This document shows positions 1 to 12,567 of a DNA stretch of 64,000 nucleotides, piece after piece. Both the position numbers and the translations under genes were made by a program. This DNA comes from Anthoceros angustus (Eukaryota > Plantae > Anthocerotophyta). The notes under the pieces are model-generated. The model was not told where the DNA came from. It saw nothing but the letters and a program-made list of their open reading frames with translations, and did no database searches. The stretch spans positions 1,674,001 through 1,738,000 of the forward strand of contig MU008159.1 in NCBI GenBank assembly GCA_010909165.1. The letters are read 5' to 3'. Within the stretch, counting starts at the first letter, position 1, and each line of letters opens with the position of its first letter.

Positions 1-60
1 TCTTCTTTGACTTTTCTGACAAGGCGAGTCGAGTGTTTTATCTGTATCGATTTTTGAATC

Positions 61-1117
61 ATGATGTCTTCATCATCAGAAAACGTCATGTTCAATATCG
101 AGAAGTTAGATGGTACTAACTTCCCGTTCTGGAAAGAACAAGTGTATAATGTTCTAGTGCAGAAAAAGCAGATCAAGCCCATAAAGCTGTTAGGCGTCAA
201 ACCGGATAGTATGACACAAGATGAGTGGAAGGACCTGGATGAGCTTGCTAGATCTACTATCATGCTAACATTGTCAAAAACAGTGTACTTCAATGTGAAA
301 GATAAGACCACGAGTTCTGATGTGGCGGCATGTGACTGTATGAGAAGCAAAGTGCGGCTTCTCGGGTTTATTGGTTGAAAGTGGTGGACTTGAAGATGAA
401 GGAAGGGACGAGGATGTCCGATCATCGAATGATTTCAATACCATTTTCAGACTCTCATCTCAAGGTATCACATTTCCAGTTAGTGAGAGCTATGTTTTGG
501 TCACATTACGGAGAGTTGGGACACCTTTAAATGCACTCGAGTAATTACACTGCTAGTGGTCTTACCATTGTAAATGTAGAAGGTAGCACATTGGCGAGGA
601 GGTGAGCAGGAAAAATATGGAACCTTCAAAAGGTTCCGGTGCCCTCATAGTGAGAGGGAGGTCCCTGCGAAGGGAAACAGCCGGACGAAGCTTTTCTCGT
701 AGCAAATCTTGTAGTCGTAACAAGAATGTGGAGTGTCACTATTGTCACAAAGGGTCACTTCAAAAGAGAGTGCGAGAAGTTCAAAAGGACCAAGGAAAAG
801 AGAAGCGGCGACAAGAAGGCGACTTGAATGTCGAGGTTGGAAGAGTTAAATTACATTGAGGACGGAGATGTCCTTATCTCTTCTTACTTGAATCTTTGCA
901 CAATTAACGGTAGTGGATAGTCATTTATTACGCAATTGGATAATTGACTGCGGTGCATCTTTCCATGTTACTCCTCATAGAGTGGTTTAGCACGTATGAT
1001 GCTACAAGGAAAGGATGTGTTAGGCTTGGAAATAACTCGCATGCGGATCGCGGGCGTTGGTGATGTCTGACTCAAGTTTGACAACATGAGTCTTCCTTCA
1101 TCTTTGAAGGACATTAG
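61..1117 (+). mobile_element. Ty1/copia retrotransposon gag-protease region (frameshifted), 5' part of the interrupted host element
   Basis: KLDGTNFPFWKEQV (copia gag N-terminus); WKDLDELARSTIMLTLS (UBN2-type gag); zinc knuckle CHYCHKG at ~733-760; protease WIIDCGASFHVTP at ~937-975. The reading ends at ...LKDI/R at 1117. Confidence 0.92.
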
Positions 1118-1141
1118 AGCAGCGTGCGAAGGGGTTTCTCC
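1118..1141 (+). repeat. Left terminal inverted repeat (imperfect)
   Basis: agcagcgtgcgaaggggtttctcc matches the reverse complement of 17201-17229. Confidence 0.75.
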
Positions 1142-1429
1142 GAAACCCCTTTTGCTTCTGAGACGTTCGGACCCCTTTACGCACCGTCGGAAATCCGCAC
1201 TGGAATCAACCTTTTTGGTATTTCTCCCGACATGTCACCCGCAAACATTTCAATTATTGTTGCGATAAACGATATGTCACATTGTGCATCGGAATTACGA
1301 GGGAAAACCATCCAGAGACATTCACGATCAGCTTTTTCCTTCAGACTGGCCACGCTATTTGTGCACAAACTTGTGCGCGCACTCACATTTAAACAGTCTC
1401 CAACAGTTGACAACGGTCTATGTTTCTAG

Positions 1430-4270
1430 CTAGTTTGGCGAATGTTGTCTTTCCGTCCTCGGGACGACGATGTCATCGTTCTCTTGCAGCCGTTGCGGAT
1501 CGTAAATAGCAAGAGGAAGATATGGCGTTTCTCCACCTTGGGACTCGCCAAACCCAAACGTCTCCAGATGTTGGTTGTCCCAAGTAGGGTCGCTTTCTTC
1601 TGGTCTTAGCACTTCTTTCCTTCGGGTTCTTAGGGTTTTCGGACCTTTTTGCCATCTTTCTCCTTCTTCTTGGGGCCCCTGATTGACTCAAGTCTTGAAG
1701 GTCGATGGGTGCGCATGTTCCTTGAACCAAGTGTAGCGTTGCGGCCACAGGCTTAACCGATCTCCCTGCGCCATCTCTTTGGCAAAACCGGATGTCACGT
1801 TTGTGTGGTTTGGTGGTCAACTCTTCCTCGTCAGGAAACACTTCATGGCTGTAATACTGTTCGATGAATATTGTGCTCCTCTGTTCTTGGTCAACAATAC
1901 GGTTCCTCCCTTCGATAATGCATAAGTATTCCACTCCGCTTCCGAGCATCCATCTATAACCCATTCCCTCTTTACGTGAATAGGTCGTATAGCGGGACCA
2001 TCAACCCTATTGGCTTTTGGTAAGGAGAAACAACATGGCCATCGTTGGACACATTCAAAAGTTTCTTCACGCGCTATGTCGAATAAGCGAGCATTGCTCC
2101 AATCTCGCCGCACTATTGGACAATGCGCACTTCCTCATATCTTCAACAGTTGGGTGAACACCATACCCCACATGTCATGTACTCGCAGTTCTCGTAAAGT
2201 CCCTCGTCCGAGACCAAATTGTCTTTCTCCCAGACCATTGTATAAACCCCCCCCTTTTCACACCATTTTCGCAGTGCATTTCGGACATCCTGCATCAGTG
2301 CGGTCCATGCATGAATATCACGGAAAGTCTTGCATTCGGTGATTGTCATGAATCCATCCATTATCTTCTCCAAATCCTCACATGTCATCTCCTTATCCCA
2401 TGTCTCCGATAAATTGCCCCTTGGTAAATCGGCGACCAACGACTTGTATTCTCTTTTCCCCAAGTAGGCAGCCATTTCACGAATATCACCGGTTATTACA
2501 GTAGCGGACCTTTTTGCTTTTGAACATGGAAAATGTCTAGTTTTGCGTCGTTGTCTTCCTCTCACTCTCTCGCAAATCTTCCACCCTCTTCCAATTTCTT
2601 GCCGCATTGATGTGCTCTTTGAAGCTATCGGGTATCATCTTCTCTTTGTACTCTTGCTTGATTATGCGCACGGGATGGAGACGTTCATAGGTGCAACATG
2701 AAGGCGAGTCGCAAACTAGTTTTGCGCACTTGCTAACTCGAGCGGACATACCACAATGTGATCAAACACCGGTTGAAATTTCGCTATATCTTACGGTGTT
2801 GAGTGCCTCGGATATTCTCTCAACCACGCAAATGAATTGCACCTCGGTCGAGCAAAATCATGCGGATGACATTCAACTTCTTGGCCTTCGTTATCCACGT
2901 TTTCATGCCGCTCACGGTCAACTCGCCTTGAATCACTTTCTCCGGTAGACATAATCCTTTCACCGCTTCCCGAGGCATGCCTGAAAACTCTCCAATTGGT
3001 CGCATGCATTGGCTTTATCATCAAATTTGGATCCCAATGCGGCTCGTATCCGGCCCCGTTTTGATTTCCCCTCTTGCTGCCTTTCTTCCGGTTACCTTGC
3101 TCGGGAAGCTCACCCCTCTCCCAAAGATCGAAAACCTCGTCCACCCGTGTCCACACATGAGGCGGGACACTAGCAATGCATAGCAGCAGTTTTCTGGTCG
3201 ACAAGTCGCTGCATTTCTTCCCGATCTGAAGCGTCGCCGATGACGCCTAGCATCCGATATAGATTGTACTTCCAATCCATTGTAATGCTAATACCCTCCT
3301 CAGCTGCGATTTTCATTTCATCGTGAATATACCGGACTTGCTCAATGAAAGACATCCTCTTCCAGAAATCTGCCTTGACATTGTGATCTGTGGCCAGACA
3401 CCGCATCTCTGCCTGGGTTAAGCCTGCATATATATGAGCTTCCATATACTGGAAGTGTGAGTTCTCCGGGTCTTCTGCGTACAGGCGTTGGAACGCATAG
3501 AAGCTGTGGTTCCCACCAATACTCCCATGGTGTACTGCTGCCTTTTCAACTTGTCTTTGTCAAAGACCTCACGCTGCACTCCTTGGATCGATCATACATA
3601 GCAGGAAGTACTCCCTCTTGCGGGTCCCTTTTAATTTCCCGGAGAAGATGTTTTCCCCACGATTCATCCACTCTTCGGATCTAAGCGTCACGAGTAATGT
3701 AGTCTGCGCTTCTCAACTTGGTGATGGCAACCATATCTGTATGCGGAATGCACCTCTTTTTGTGCGCTGACTCTCGAATTTGATGTAACGGGTCCTTATG
3801 CTGTTGCGCTCGCTCTACTCTGTCGTTGTCTTCCTCTTTTCCCGCTTTTGGTGATGATGCGGCCCGTCGCTGGTGTCTCGTCAATGTCATTCCTCTTTCC
3901 TCTTTTCCCTGCTTTCGGTTTACCTTTCGTCCTTGCGGTGGCTGGAACATCGCGTCTACCTCCTTGAGGTTGGTTGTACAGGCTCGCTCCTTCACGATTC
4001 TTTGACCCTCTTGTCCAAACTTTGTAGAAGGCTGGGCATCGTCCAATGCATGGCGATTCTTGGGACATTTGACGTTTTGAGCCACCCTCGCTATGTATAT
4101 CCTCTGTTGTTGTCGTGTGCTTCAACTCGCGGTTGTCGATGCATCTCGTCGTCCTCAACATCTTCATTTGCGGTTTCATGCTCTTCATATTCTCCACTAT
4201 CGTCATCCGAATATCTATACTGCGGTCAAGTACCTCTCATTTCTTGTTCCATTGAATCGTCATCGAATTT
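1430..4270 (-). pseudogene. ParB/Srx-like domain fused to beta-class N4C/N6A DNA methyltransferase (N6_N4_Mtase-like); frameshifted in this assembly
   Basis: Minus-strand motifs in order: IGGNHSFYAFQRL (~3482-3520); AHIYAGLT..LATDHN..MSFIEQV (ORF 3170-3445); VITGDIREMAAYLGKREYKSLVADLPRG (~2416-2500, motif X/IV region); VWEKDN..ENCEYM (~2170-2235); DGHVVSPYQKPIGLM..LYDLFT (~1975-2045); EWVIDGC(S)GSG (~1934-1966, SAM motif I, 1-bp shift); EGRNRIVD. Ends are approximate. Confidence 0.8.
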
Positions 4271-5930
4271 CCCATATTGAGCGGTGATGCGGTGCTTTGG
4301 TCGTGGTTGCGAATCGCTTTTCCTAGCCTCTCCATCGCTATCTCGGAGTGGATCGCTTTCACAAGCTTGTTCGGCCATCTTCATCATCATCAACCCGAAC
4401 TATTTCTTTTGGAGCGCATAGTCCCGAATATGCATTACAAAGACAACCACGCCTCCATTAACCATATGCATCAACCAGAAACATCCTTTGTTGACGGGTA
4501 CACAAAGGCGGGCACGCGGCGCGCGCACAAGTGCGCGCAGGCGCGCACGCGCGCGCATGCGCGCAGCGCGCAAGTGCGCGCTGTGCGCGCGCTGCGCGCA
4601 CAAGTGCGCGCAGTGCGCGCGCGCGCAGCGCGCAAGTGCGCGCGCACAAGTGCGCGCACTGCGCGCGCGCGCGCGCATGCGCGCGCACGCGCGCGCTGCG
4701 CGCGCGCATGCGCGCAGCGCGCGCAGCGCGCATGCGCGCGCTGCGCGCGCGCATGCGCGCACAAGTGCGCGCGCATGCGCGCGCTGCGCGCACAAGTGCG
4801 CGCACAAGTGCGCGCGCACAAGTGCGCGCACAAGTGCGCGCGCGCATGCGCGCGCTGCGCGCGCATGCGCGCGCTGCGCGCGCGCTGCGCGCGCGCACGC
4901 GCGCGCGCATGCGCGCGCTGCGCGCGCAGCGCGCGCAGTGCGCGCACAAGTGCGCGCGCTGCGCGCGCGCGCACAAGTGCGCGCGCTGCGCGCAAGTGCG
5001 CGCGCATGCGCAGTGCGCGCGCGCGCATGCGCGCGCGCGCGCTGCGCGCGCTGCGCGCAGCGCGCAGCGCGCAAGTGCGCGCGCGCAAGCGCGCCGCTCG
5101 CGCGCGCGCACGCGCGCGCACGCGCGCGCAGCGCGCGCAGCGCGCATGCGCGCGCGCGCGCGCGCGCAGTGCGCGCGCGCAGTGCGCGCTGCGCGCGCAC
5201 GCGCGCACAAGTGCGCGCGCGCGCGCGCGCTGCGCGCGCATGCGCGCACAAGTGCGCGCGCTGCGCGCGCAGGCGCGCATGCGCGCGCTGCGCGCGCACG
5301 CGCGCATGCGCGCACAAGTGCGCGCACAAGTGCGCGCGCTGCGCGCGCGCGCGCGCGCACGCGCGCGCGCATGCGCGCCGATGCATCTCCCACGGCTCGC
5401 TCCTTCATGATTCTTTGACCCTCTTGTCCAAACTTTGTAGAAGCTGCTGGGCATCGTCCAATGCATGGCGATTCTTGGGACATTTGAAACGTTTTGAGCC
5501 CCTCGCTATGTATATCCTCTCTGTTGTCGTGTGCTTCAACTCGCCGGTTGTCGATGCATCTCGTCGTCCTCAACATCTTCATTTGCGGTTTCATGCTCTT
5601 CATATTCTCCACTATCGTCATCCGAATATCTATACCGCCGCAAGTACCTCTCTTTCTTGTTCCATTGAATCGTCATCGAATTTCCCATATTGAGCGGTGA
5701 TGGTGCTTTGGTCGTGGTTGCGAATCGCTTTTCCTAGCCTCTCCATCGCTATCTCGGAGGATCGCTTTCACAAGCTTGTTCGGCCATCTTCATCATCATC
5801 AACCCGAACTATTTCTTTTGGACAAACGCCAAAGATAGTCCCGAATGTCCAGATCAGACAACCACGCCCATTAACCATATGCATCAACCGAAACATCCAG
5901 CTCGGCGGTACACAAAGGCGGGCACGTCAC
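3980..5930. repeat. Direct duplication of a ~540 bp segment (3980-4520 and 5394-5930)
   Basis: ggctcgctccttca(c/t)gattctttgaccctc at 3981 and 5394; the two copies stay collinear up to cacaaaggcgggcacg. Confidence 0.9.
4517..5380. repeat. (GC)n-rich alternating purine-pyrimidine tract with recurrent GCGCACAAGTGCGC
   Basis: Directly visible; flanked by cacaaaggcgggcacg and ccgatgcatctccc. Confidence 0.95.
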
Positions 5931-5936
5931 GTCCTC

Positions 5937-6358
5937 GTGCGCGCACTGCGCGCGCGCACAAGTGCGCGCGCGCATGCGCGCGCACAAGCGCGCATGCGCG
6001 CGCGCGCACAAGTGCGCGCAAGTGCGCGCACAGCGCGCATGCGCACGTGCGCGCGCAGTGCGCGCGCTGCGCGCGCGCGCACGCATGCGCGCAGTGCGCG
6101 CACTGCGCGCGCATGCGCGCAGCGCGCATGCGCACGCGCGCGCATGCGCGCGCTGCGCGCGCGCGCAGTGCGCGCGCGCGCATGCGCGCATGCGCGCGCA
6201 TGCGCGCGCGCACAGCGCGCAAGCGCGCATGCGGCGCGCGCGCACAAGTGCGCGCTGCGCGCGCGCGCGCACGCGCGCGCGCTGCGCGCGCGCGCGCTGC
6301 GCGCACAAGTGCGCGCACAAGTGCGCGCGCGCAGGCGCGCGCGCGCATGCGCGCGCCC
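5937..6358. repeat. (GC)n-rich tract, copy 2
   Basis: Same flanking anchors as 4517-5380. Confidence 0.95.
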
Positions 6359-7824
6359 GATGCATCTCCCAGACTGCGTGATGGTGCAATCACGAAAAAG
6401 TGGGTGGTCGATTCTCTTCGTCCACATACCTTGTCACTTGTCATGGCGTCAAGTCCCGCAGGTCTTGGGTATTGCATCGCCTTGGAATCGGTTGTCGCAC
6501 TCAATACCGGTGACATGCGGTTAGAATTCCTCAAAAGAACTTCTCCTCATTGTGCATATCAAGAGTTTGATTACGCATTGCGGCGGACTTCATACTTCCA
6601 AGCCCATAGAATGTACCCAACCACAATCTTACATGTCCTCAACGCATCCATATACCCGTTCACCCAGGCGGGATGGGATCAAAATTCTCTGTAGAGTCGG
6701 TTCCTTCTTCATGTATGCACCATTCCTTGTCCAAGAGCCTGCTCGATAGATCTGTGCAAATCTCGATCAACACATTTTTCTCACCAGAGAAAGGATTCTC
6801 CAATGTGGTCCACAGCACAATCCGATATCATCGAAAAATTTTGATGCCCATCATCCGGCACGATGCTCCTTGCTTGGCTTGGGCCTCCTGTGATGTCCCT
6901 TGTGAAGGCCACTCTTCCTATCGGATGCTCCTTGTGGGAGGAGAGTCGACTTTCTGACGGTGATGGTCGGATGTTGGTGGTTCATGACCACCACCGAACC
7001 TCCTCTGCTGCACTCTTCCGCTTCCTAAGCTCGTCCTTCGACATTGGCTTCCTTTTGCGTTTTGGAGGTTTGGGTGAGGTTGAGGCTCTACAAAGTTGGC
7101 TGTTTTGCACTTGCGCGTGGGATGGACATGTCATCGCAGATGCACACGTCAAGCATTAGAGGAAAAGCGGAGGCAACCCACCATGCGGAAAGAATGGAAT
7201 GTTGAAGTTGTCTTCATTTCATGAAACAAGCCAAATTATAGATCCGAAACCTGCTATTTCGGCTCCCTTTATAAGGCTCTTCTTCACAAGCCTCAACCTT
7301 CACAACCAAGCAAAAGCATGCCACAAGCAAACACCGGGTGCCTTCCACACCAAGCACCAAGGCCGCGACCCAAACCATGGTGCCTTTCACACCAAGCACC
7401 AAGGGTGCATAACATAAGCCAAGCGTCACCACCGCTGCCACACCACGCGAAGCGGACACCGAGGCCTTTTGTCACCACACGATTTTGGGCGAACACACAC
7501 AGTCGCGAAGACTTCACCGCGGATGCCTTGTGTGCGCGCGCGCGCGCTGCGCGCACGCGCGCAAGCGCGCACATGAGGTTGCCAACCAGAACGAGAGGTC
7601 TCGGCCTATGTCGCTGCGCTCAACCAGCCACCGATTCAAAAATGCTGTTCAAAGCGGAGCCCTTGTGCGGATCGCCTCCAATCAGGATGCAGTCGCCCAC
7701 CAGCAGCGCTCTTGCGTCTCACATGTGCGCATCCGACCCGATTCTGCGCATCACAAAGACAACCACGCCTCCATTAACGGATGCATCAACGAAACATCCT
7801 TTGTTGAGGTACACAAAGGCGGGC

Positions 7825-8280
7825 ACGCGGCGCGCGCACAAGTGCGCGCAGGCGCGCACGCGCGCGCACGCGCGCAGCGCGCAAGTGCGCGCTGTGCGCG
7901 CGCTGCGCGCACAAGTGCGCGCAGTGCGCGCGCGCGCTGCGCGCACTGCGCGCGCACAAGTGCGCGCACTGCGCGCGCGCGCGCGCATGCGCGCGCACGC
8001 GCGCGCTGCGCGCGCGCATGCGCGCAGCGCGCGCAGCGCGCATGCGCGCGCTGCGCGCGCGCATGCGCGCACAAGTGCGCGCGCATGCGCGCGCTGCGCG
8101 CACAAGTGCGCGCACAAGTGCGCGCGCACAAGTGCGCGCACAAGTGCGCGCGCGCATGCGCGCGCTGCGCGCGCATGCGCGCGCTGCGCGCGCGCTGCGC
8201 GCGCGCACGCGCGCGCGCATGCGCGCGCTGCGCGCGCAGCGCGCGCAGCGCGCGCACAAGTGCGCGCCTGGGCGCGCGGG
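7825..8280. repeat. (GC)n-rich tract, copy 3
   Basis: Nearly identical to the first ~440 bp of the 4517 tract. Confidence 0.95.
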
Positions 8281-9996
8281 TCTCGGGTACCCGGTCGCGC
8301 TTGTGCGCGCCGATGCATCTCCGGCACTGCGGTGATGGTGCAATCACGAAAAAAGTGGGTGGTCGATTCTCTTCGTCTACATACCTTGTCACTTGTCATG
8401 GCGTCAAGTCCACCGGTCTTGGGTATTGCATCGCCTTGGAATCGGGTTGTCGCACTCAATACCGGTGATGTGATTAGAATTCCTCAAAAGAACTTCTCCC
8501 TCATTGTGCATATCAAGAGTTTGATTACGCATTGCGGCGGACTTCATACTTCCAAGCCCATAGAATGTACCCAACCACAATCTTACATGTCCTCAAGCAT
8601 CCATATACCCGTTCACCCAGGCGGGATGGGATCAAAATTCTCTGTGTGAGTCGGTTCCTTCTTCATGTATGCACCATTCCTTGTCCGAGGCCCCATTACG
8701 ATAGATCTGCAAATCTCGATCAACACATTTTTCTCGGTAGAGAAAGGATTCTCCAATGTGGTCCACAGCACAATCCGATATCATCGAAAAATTTTGATGC
8801 CCATCATCCAGCCCGATGCTCCCTTGCTTGGCTTGGGCCTCATTGTGATGTCCCTTGTGAAGGCCCACTCTTCCTATCGGATGCTCCTTGTGGGAGGAGA
8901 GTCGACTTTCTGACGGTGATGGTGCGGATGTTGGTGGTTCATGACCACCACCGAACCTCCTCTGCTGCACTCTTCCGCTTCCTAAGCTCGTCCTTCGACA
9001 TTGGCTTCCTTTTGCGTTTTGGAGGTTTGGGTGAGGTTGAGGCTCTACAAAGTTGGCTGTTTTGCACTTGCATGGGATGGACATGTCTCACAACCGCGGA
9101 TGCACACGTCAAGCATTAGAGGAAAGCGGAGGCAACCCGGACCATGCGGGAAAGAATGGAATGTTGAAGTTGTCTTCATTTCATGAAACAAGCCAAATTA
9201 TAGATCCAAACACCGCTCGGGCTCCCTTTATGGAAGGCTCTTCTTCACAAGCCCGGCTCACAACCAAGCATGCCACAAGCAAACACGGGTGCCTTCCACA
9301 CCAAGCACCAAGGCTGCCATGACCCAAACACCATGGTGCCTTTCACACCAAGCACCAAGGGTGCATAACATAAGCCAAGCGGCTGCACCAACCGCGCACA
9401 CTGCGAAGCGGACACCGAGGCCTTTTGTCACACACACGATTTTGGGCGCACACACACCTGGTCGCGAAGACTTCACACAGCCGGTTTTCTGTTCAGCACT
9501 CGCGGTTGCCTTGCGTCCGACACGCCTCCAAGCGCACATGAGGTTGCCAACCAGCAACGAGAGGTCTCTGGCCTATGTCACTTGGGCGCCCTCAACCGCC
9601 GATTCAAAGTACAGCGTGCCTGTTCAAAACGCGGAGCCCTTGTGCGGATCGCCTCCAATCAGGATGCAGTCGCCCACCAGCGCGCAAGTGCGCGCGCGCT
9701 CTTCCCTATGTCACTTGCGCTCAACCAGCCACCGATTCAAAGCACACAACTCTTGCCCAACACGCGGATGCCTTGTGTGAAAAAGCACATCGCTCAAGCA
9801 AGCGGACACCGACGCTGGTCTTCCCTATGTCGCTGCGCTCAACCAGCCACCGATTCAAAGCACACAACTCTTGCCCAACACGCGGATTCCTTGTCACCGA
9901 GAGACCCTCAAATCGCAGATGCACATGGGAGATGCACGCCTCCATTAACCGATGCATCAACGAAACATCCTTTGACGGCGGTACACAAAGGCGGGC

Positions 9997-10406
9997 ACGC
10001 GGCGCGCGCGCTGCGCGCGCGCGCGCGCTGCGCGCGCACGCGCGCGCGCACAAGTGCGCGCGCTGCGCGCGCATGCGCGCGCTGCGCGCACAAGTGCGCG
10101 CTGCGCGCAGTGCGCGCTGCGCGCGCGCGCATGCGCGCGCGCGCATGCGCGCACTGCGCGCGCGCGCGCCGCACGCGCAAGTGCGCGCGCACAAGTGCGC
10201 GCGCGCGCACGCGCGCGCGCGCGCTGCGCGCGCATGCGCGCGCTGCGCGCGCGCCGCGCGCGCATGCGCGCGCACAAGCGCGCGCATGCGCGCGCACGTC
10301 CGCACGCATGCGCGCATGCGCGCGCAGCGCGCAAGTGCGCGCTGCGCGCACAAGTGCGCGCGCACAGCGCGCACGCGCGCGCGCGCGCGCAGCGCGCAGG
10401 CGCGCG
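9997..10406. repeat. (GC)n-rich tract, copy 4
   Basis: Same anchors, different internal sequence. Confidence 0.95.
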
Positions 10407-12567
10407 GGTTCTCATGGTACCCGGTCGCGCTTGTGCGCGCCGATGCATCTCGGCCTGCTCGTGATGGTGCAATCACGAAAAAAAGTGGGTAAGGTCAGAT
10501 TCTCTTCGTCCACATACCTTGTCACTTGTCATGGCGTCAAGTCCACTTGCAGTCTTGGGTATTGCATCGCCTTGGAATCGTTGTCGCACTCAATACCAGC
10601 GGTGATTAGAATTCCTCAAAAGAACTTCTCCCTCATTGTGCATATCAAGAGTTTGATTACGCATTGCGGACTTCATACTTCCAAGCCCATAGAATGTACC
10701 CAACCACAATCTTACATGTCCTCAACGCATCCATATACCCGTTCACCCAGGCGGGATGGGATCAAAATTCTCCTGTAGAGTCGGTTCCTTCTTCATGTAT
10801 GCACCATTCCTTGTCCAAGAGCCTGCTCGATAGATCTGCAAATCTCAGTCAACACATTTTTCTCACCAGAGAAAGGATTCTCCAATGTGGTCCCCGCACA
10901 ATCCGATATCATCGAAAAATTTTGATGCCCATCATCCATGCTCCCTTGCTTGGCTTGGGCCTCCGGTGATGTCCCTTGTGAAGGCCACTCTTCCTATCGG
11001 ATGCTCCTTGTGGGAGGAGAGTCGACTTTCTGACGGTGATGGTGCGGATGTTGGTGGTTCATGACCACCACCGAACCTCCTCTGCTGCACTCTTCCGTTC
11101 CGGGCTCGTCCTTCGACATTGGCTTGTCCTTTTGCGTTTTGGAGGTTTGGGGTTGAGGCTCTACAAAGTTGGCTGTTTTGCACGCACTTGCCGCTATGGG
11201 ATGGACATGTCTGTCAACCGCAGATGCACACGTCAAGCATTAGAGGAAAACGGAGGCAACCCAGACCATGCGGGAAAGAATGGAATGTTCAAGTCGTCTT
11301 CATTTCATGAAACAAGCCAAATTATAGATCCGCAAACCTGCTATTTCGGGCTCCCTTTATGGAAGGCTCTTCTTCACAAGCCCGCAACCCCGAAACTTAG
11401 CACAACCAAGCAAGGCTGCATGCCACAAGCAAACACCGCGGGTGCCTTCCACACCCAAGCACCAAGGCTGCCCGACCCAAACACCGGGTGCCTTTCACAC
11501 CAAGCACCAAGGCCGCATGCGCGCACAAGTGCGCGCCGCACGCGAAGCGGACACCGAGGCCTTTTGTCACCACACGATTTTGGGCGAACACACACAGTGT
11601 GAAGACTTCCACCGGCCGGTTTCTCATGGTTGCCTTGCGTCAAACGCCTCAAGCCGCTGAGGTTGCCAACCAGCGAGGTCTCGCCTATGTCACTTGGGCG
11701 CCTCAAGCCGATTCAAAAGTCAGTGCTGTTCAAAGCGAGCCCTTGTGCGGATCGCCTCCAATCAGGATGCAGTCGCCCACCAGCGCACGCGCGCGCGCAT
11801 GCACATGGGAGATGCACGCCCACGATTCTCGAGCAAAACGCGGATGCCTTGTGTGCGCGCAATCGCTCAAGCAAGCGGACACCAAGAACGCGCGCTGCGG
11901 TCTTCCCTATGTCGCTGCGCTCAACCAGCCACCGATTCAAAGCACACTCATGCCCAACACGCGGATTCCTTGTCGAGACCCTCAAGTCGCAGATGCACAT
12001 GGGAGATGCACGCCTCAAGAGCACACAGTCGCCCACGCCGCTCTTGCCTATTCCACTTGCGCAACCAGCCACTGATTCACAGCACAACACACCTGTCCAA
12101 CACGCGGATTCCTTGTCGAGAGACCCTCAAGTCGCAGATGCAAGTCGCACCAGCAGCGCTCTTGCCCATGTCACTTAGGCGGAAGGAATCTCAAACTTGC
12201 CTAACGTGGGTTAACTAGCTGGTTGAAGGTTAGGTTAGGTTTCGTTATAGCCCTTATTTCAAGCGAGCGTTTGGTAATTAACATTGGCGGCTACTATAAC
12301 GGGTTAAACACGCCACCATAATCATGTATGCATATTTTAACGTTCAAACACGGATGGACAAACTCCATAGTACGCAGCACTTCTTCGTCTCATAGTTGCG
12401 GACCAGCTCAAGTTTGAAGGAGCGGTGAAATGCGAGCGCTTCTCCATCCTACTCGTGCGGTCGGAGTCGGGCGAATGGAAGGCCATGGCGGCGGCCAGGT
12501 CTCGAAAATGTTTCACGATTGATGTTTTGGTGTAGCCGCCGATTCGCCGTCGCGGAAGATTGAGAAG

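Larger units (their letters stand above)
6360..12180. repeat. Three tandem copies of a ~1.5-1.7 kb unit (starts ~6360, ~8312, ~10442) separated by GC tracts
   Basis: gatggtgcaatcacgaaaaa... at ~6380, ~8334 and ~10463; the ORF track shows the same peptides three times (e.g. HDHHRTSSAALFR). Confidence 0.92.

Noticed and set aside
1430-4270. Bacterial contamination as the source of the MTase
   Set aside because: It lies within a TSD-bounded eukaryotic-type transposon inside a plant copia element, with no operon-like context. Read-level confirmation is still advisable.
4277-10778. Many long Arg/Ala/Cys-rich ORFs on both strands
   Set aside because: By-products of stop-free (GC)n tracts; open in all six frames.
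12228-12242. ggttaggttaggttt telomere-like run inside the transposon
   Set aside because: Only 2-3 units; too short to interpret.
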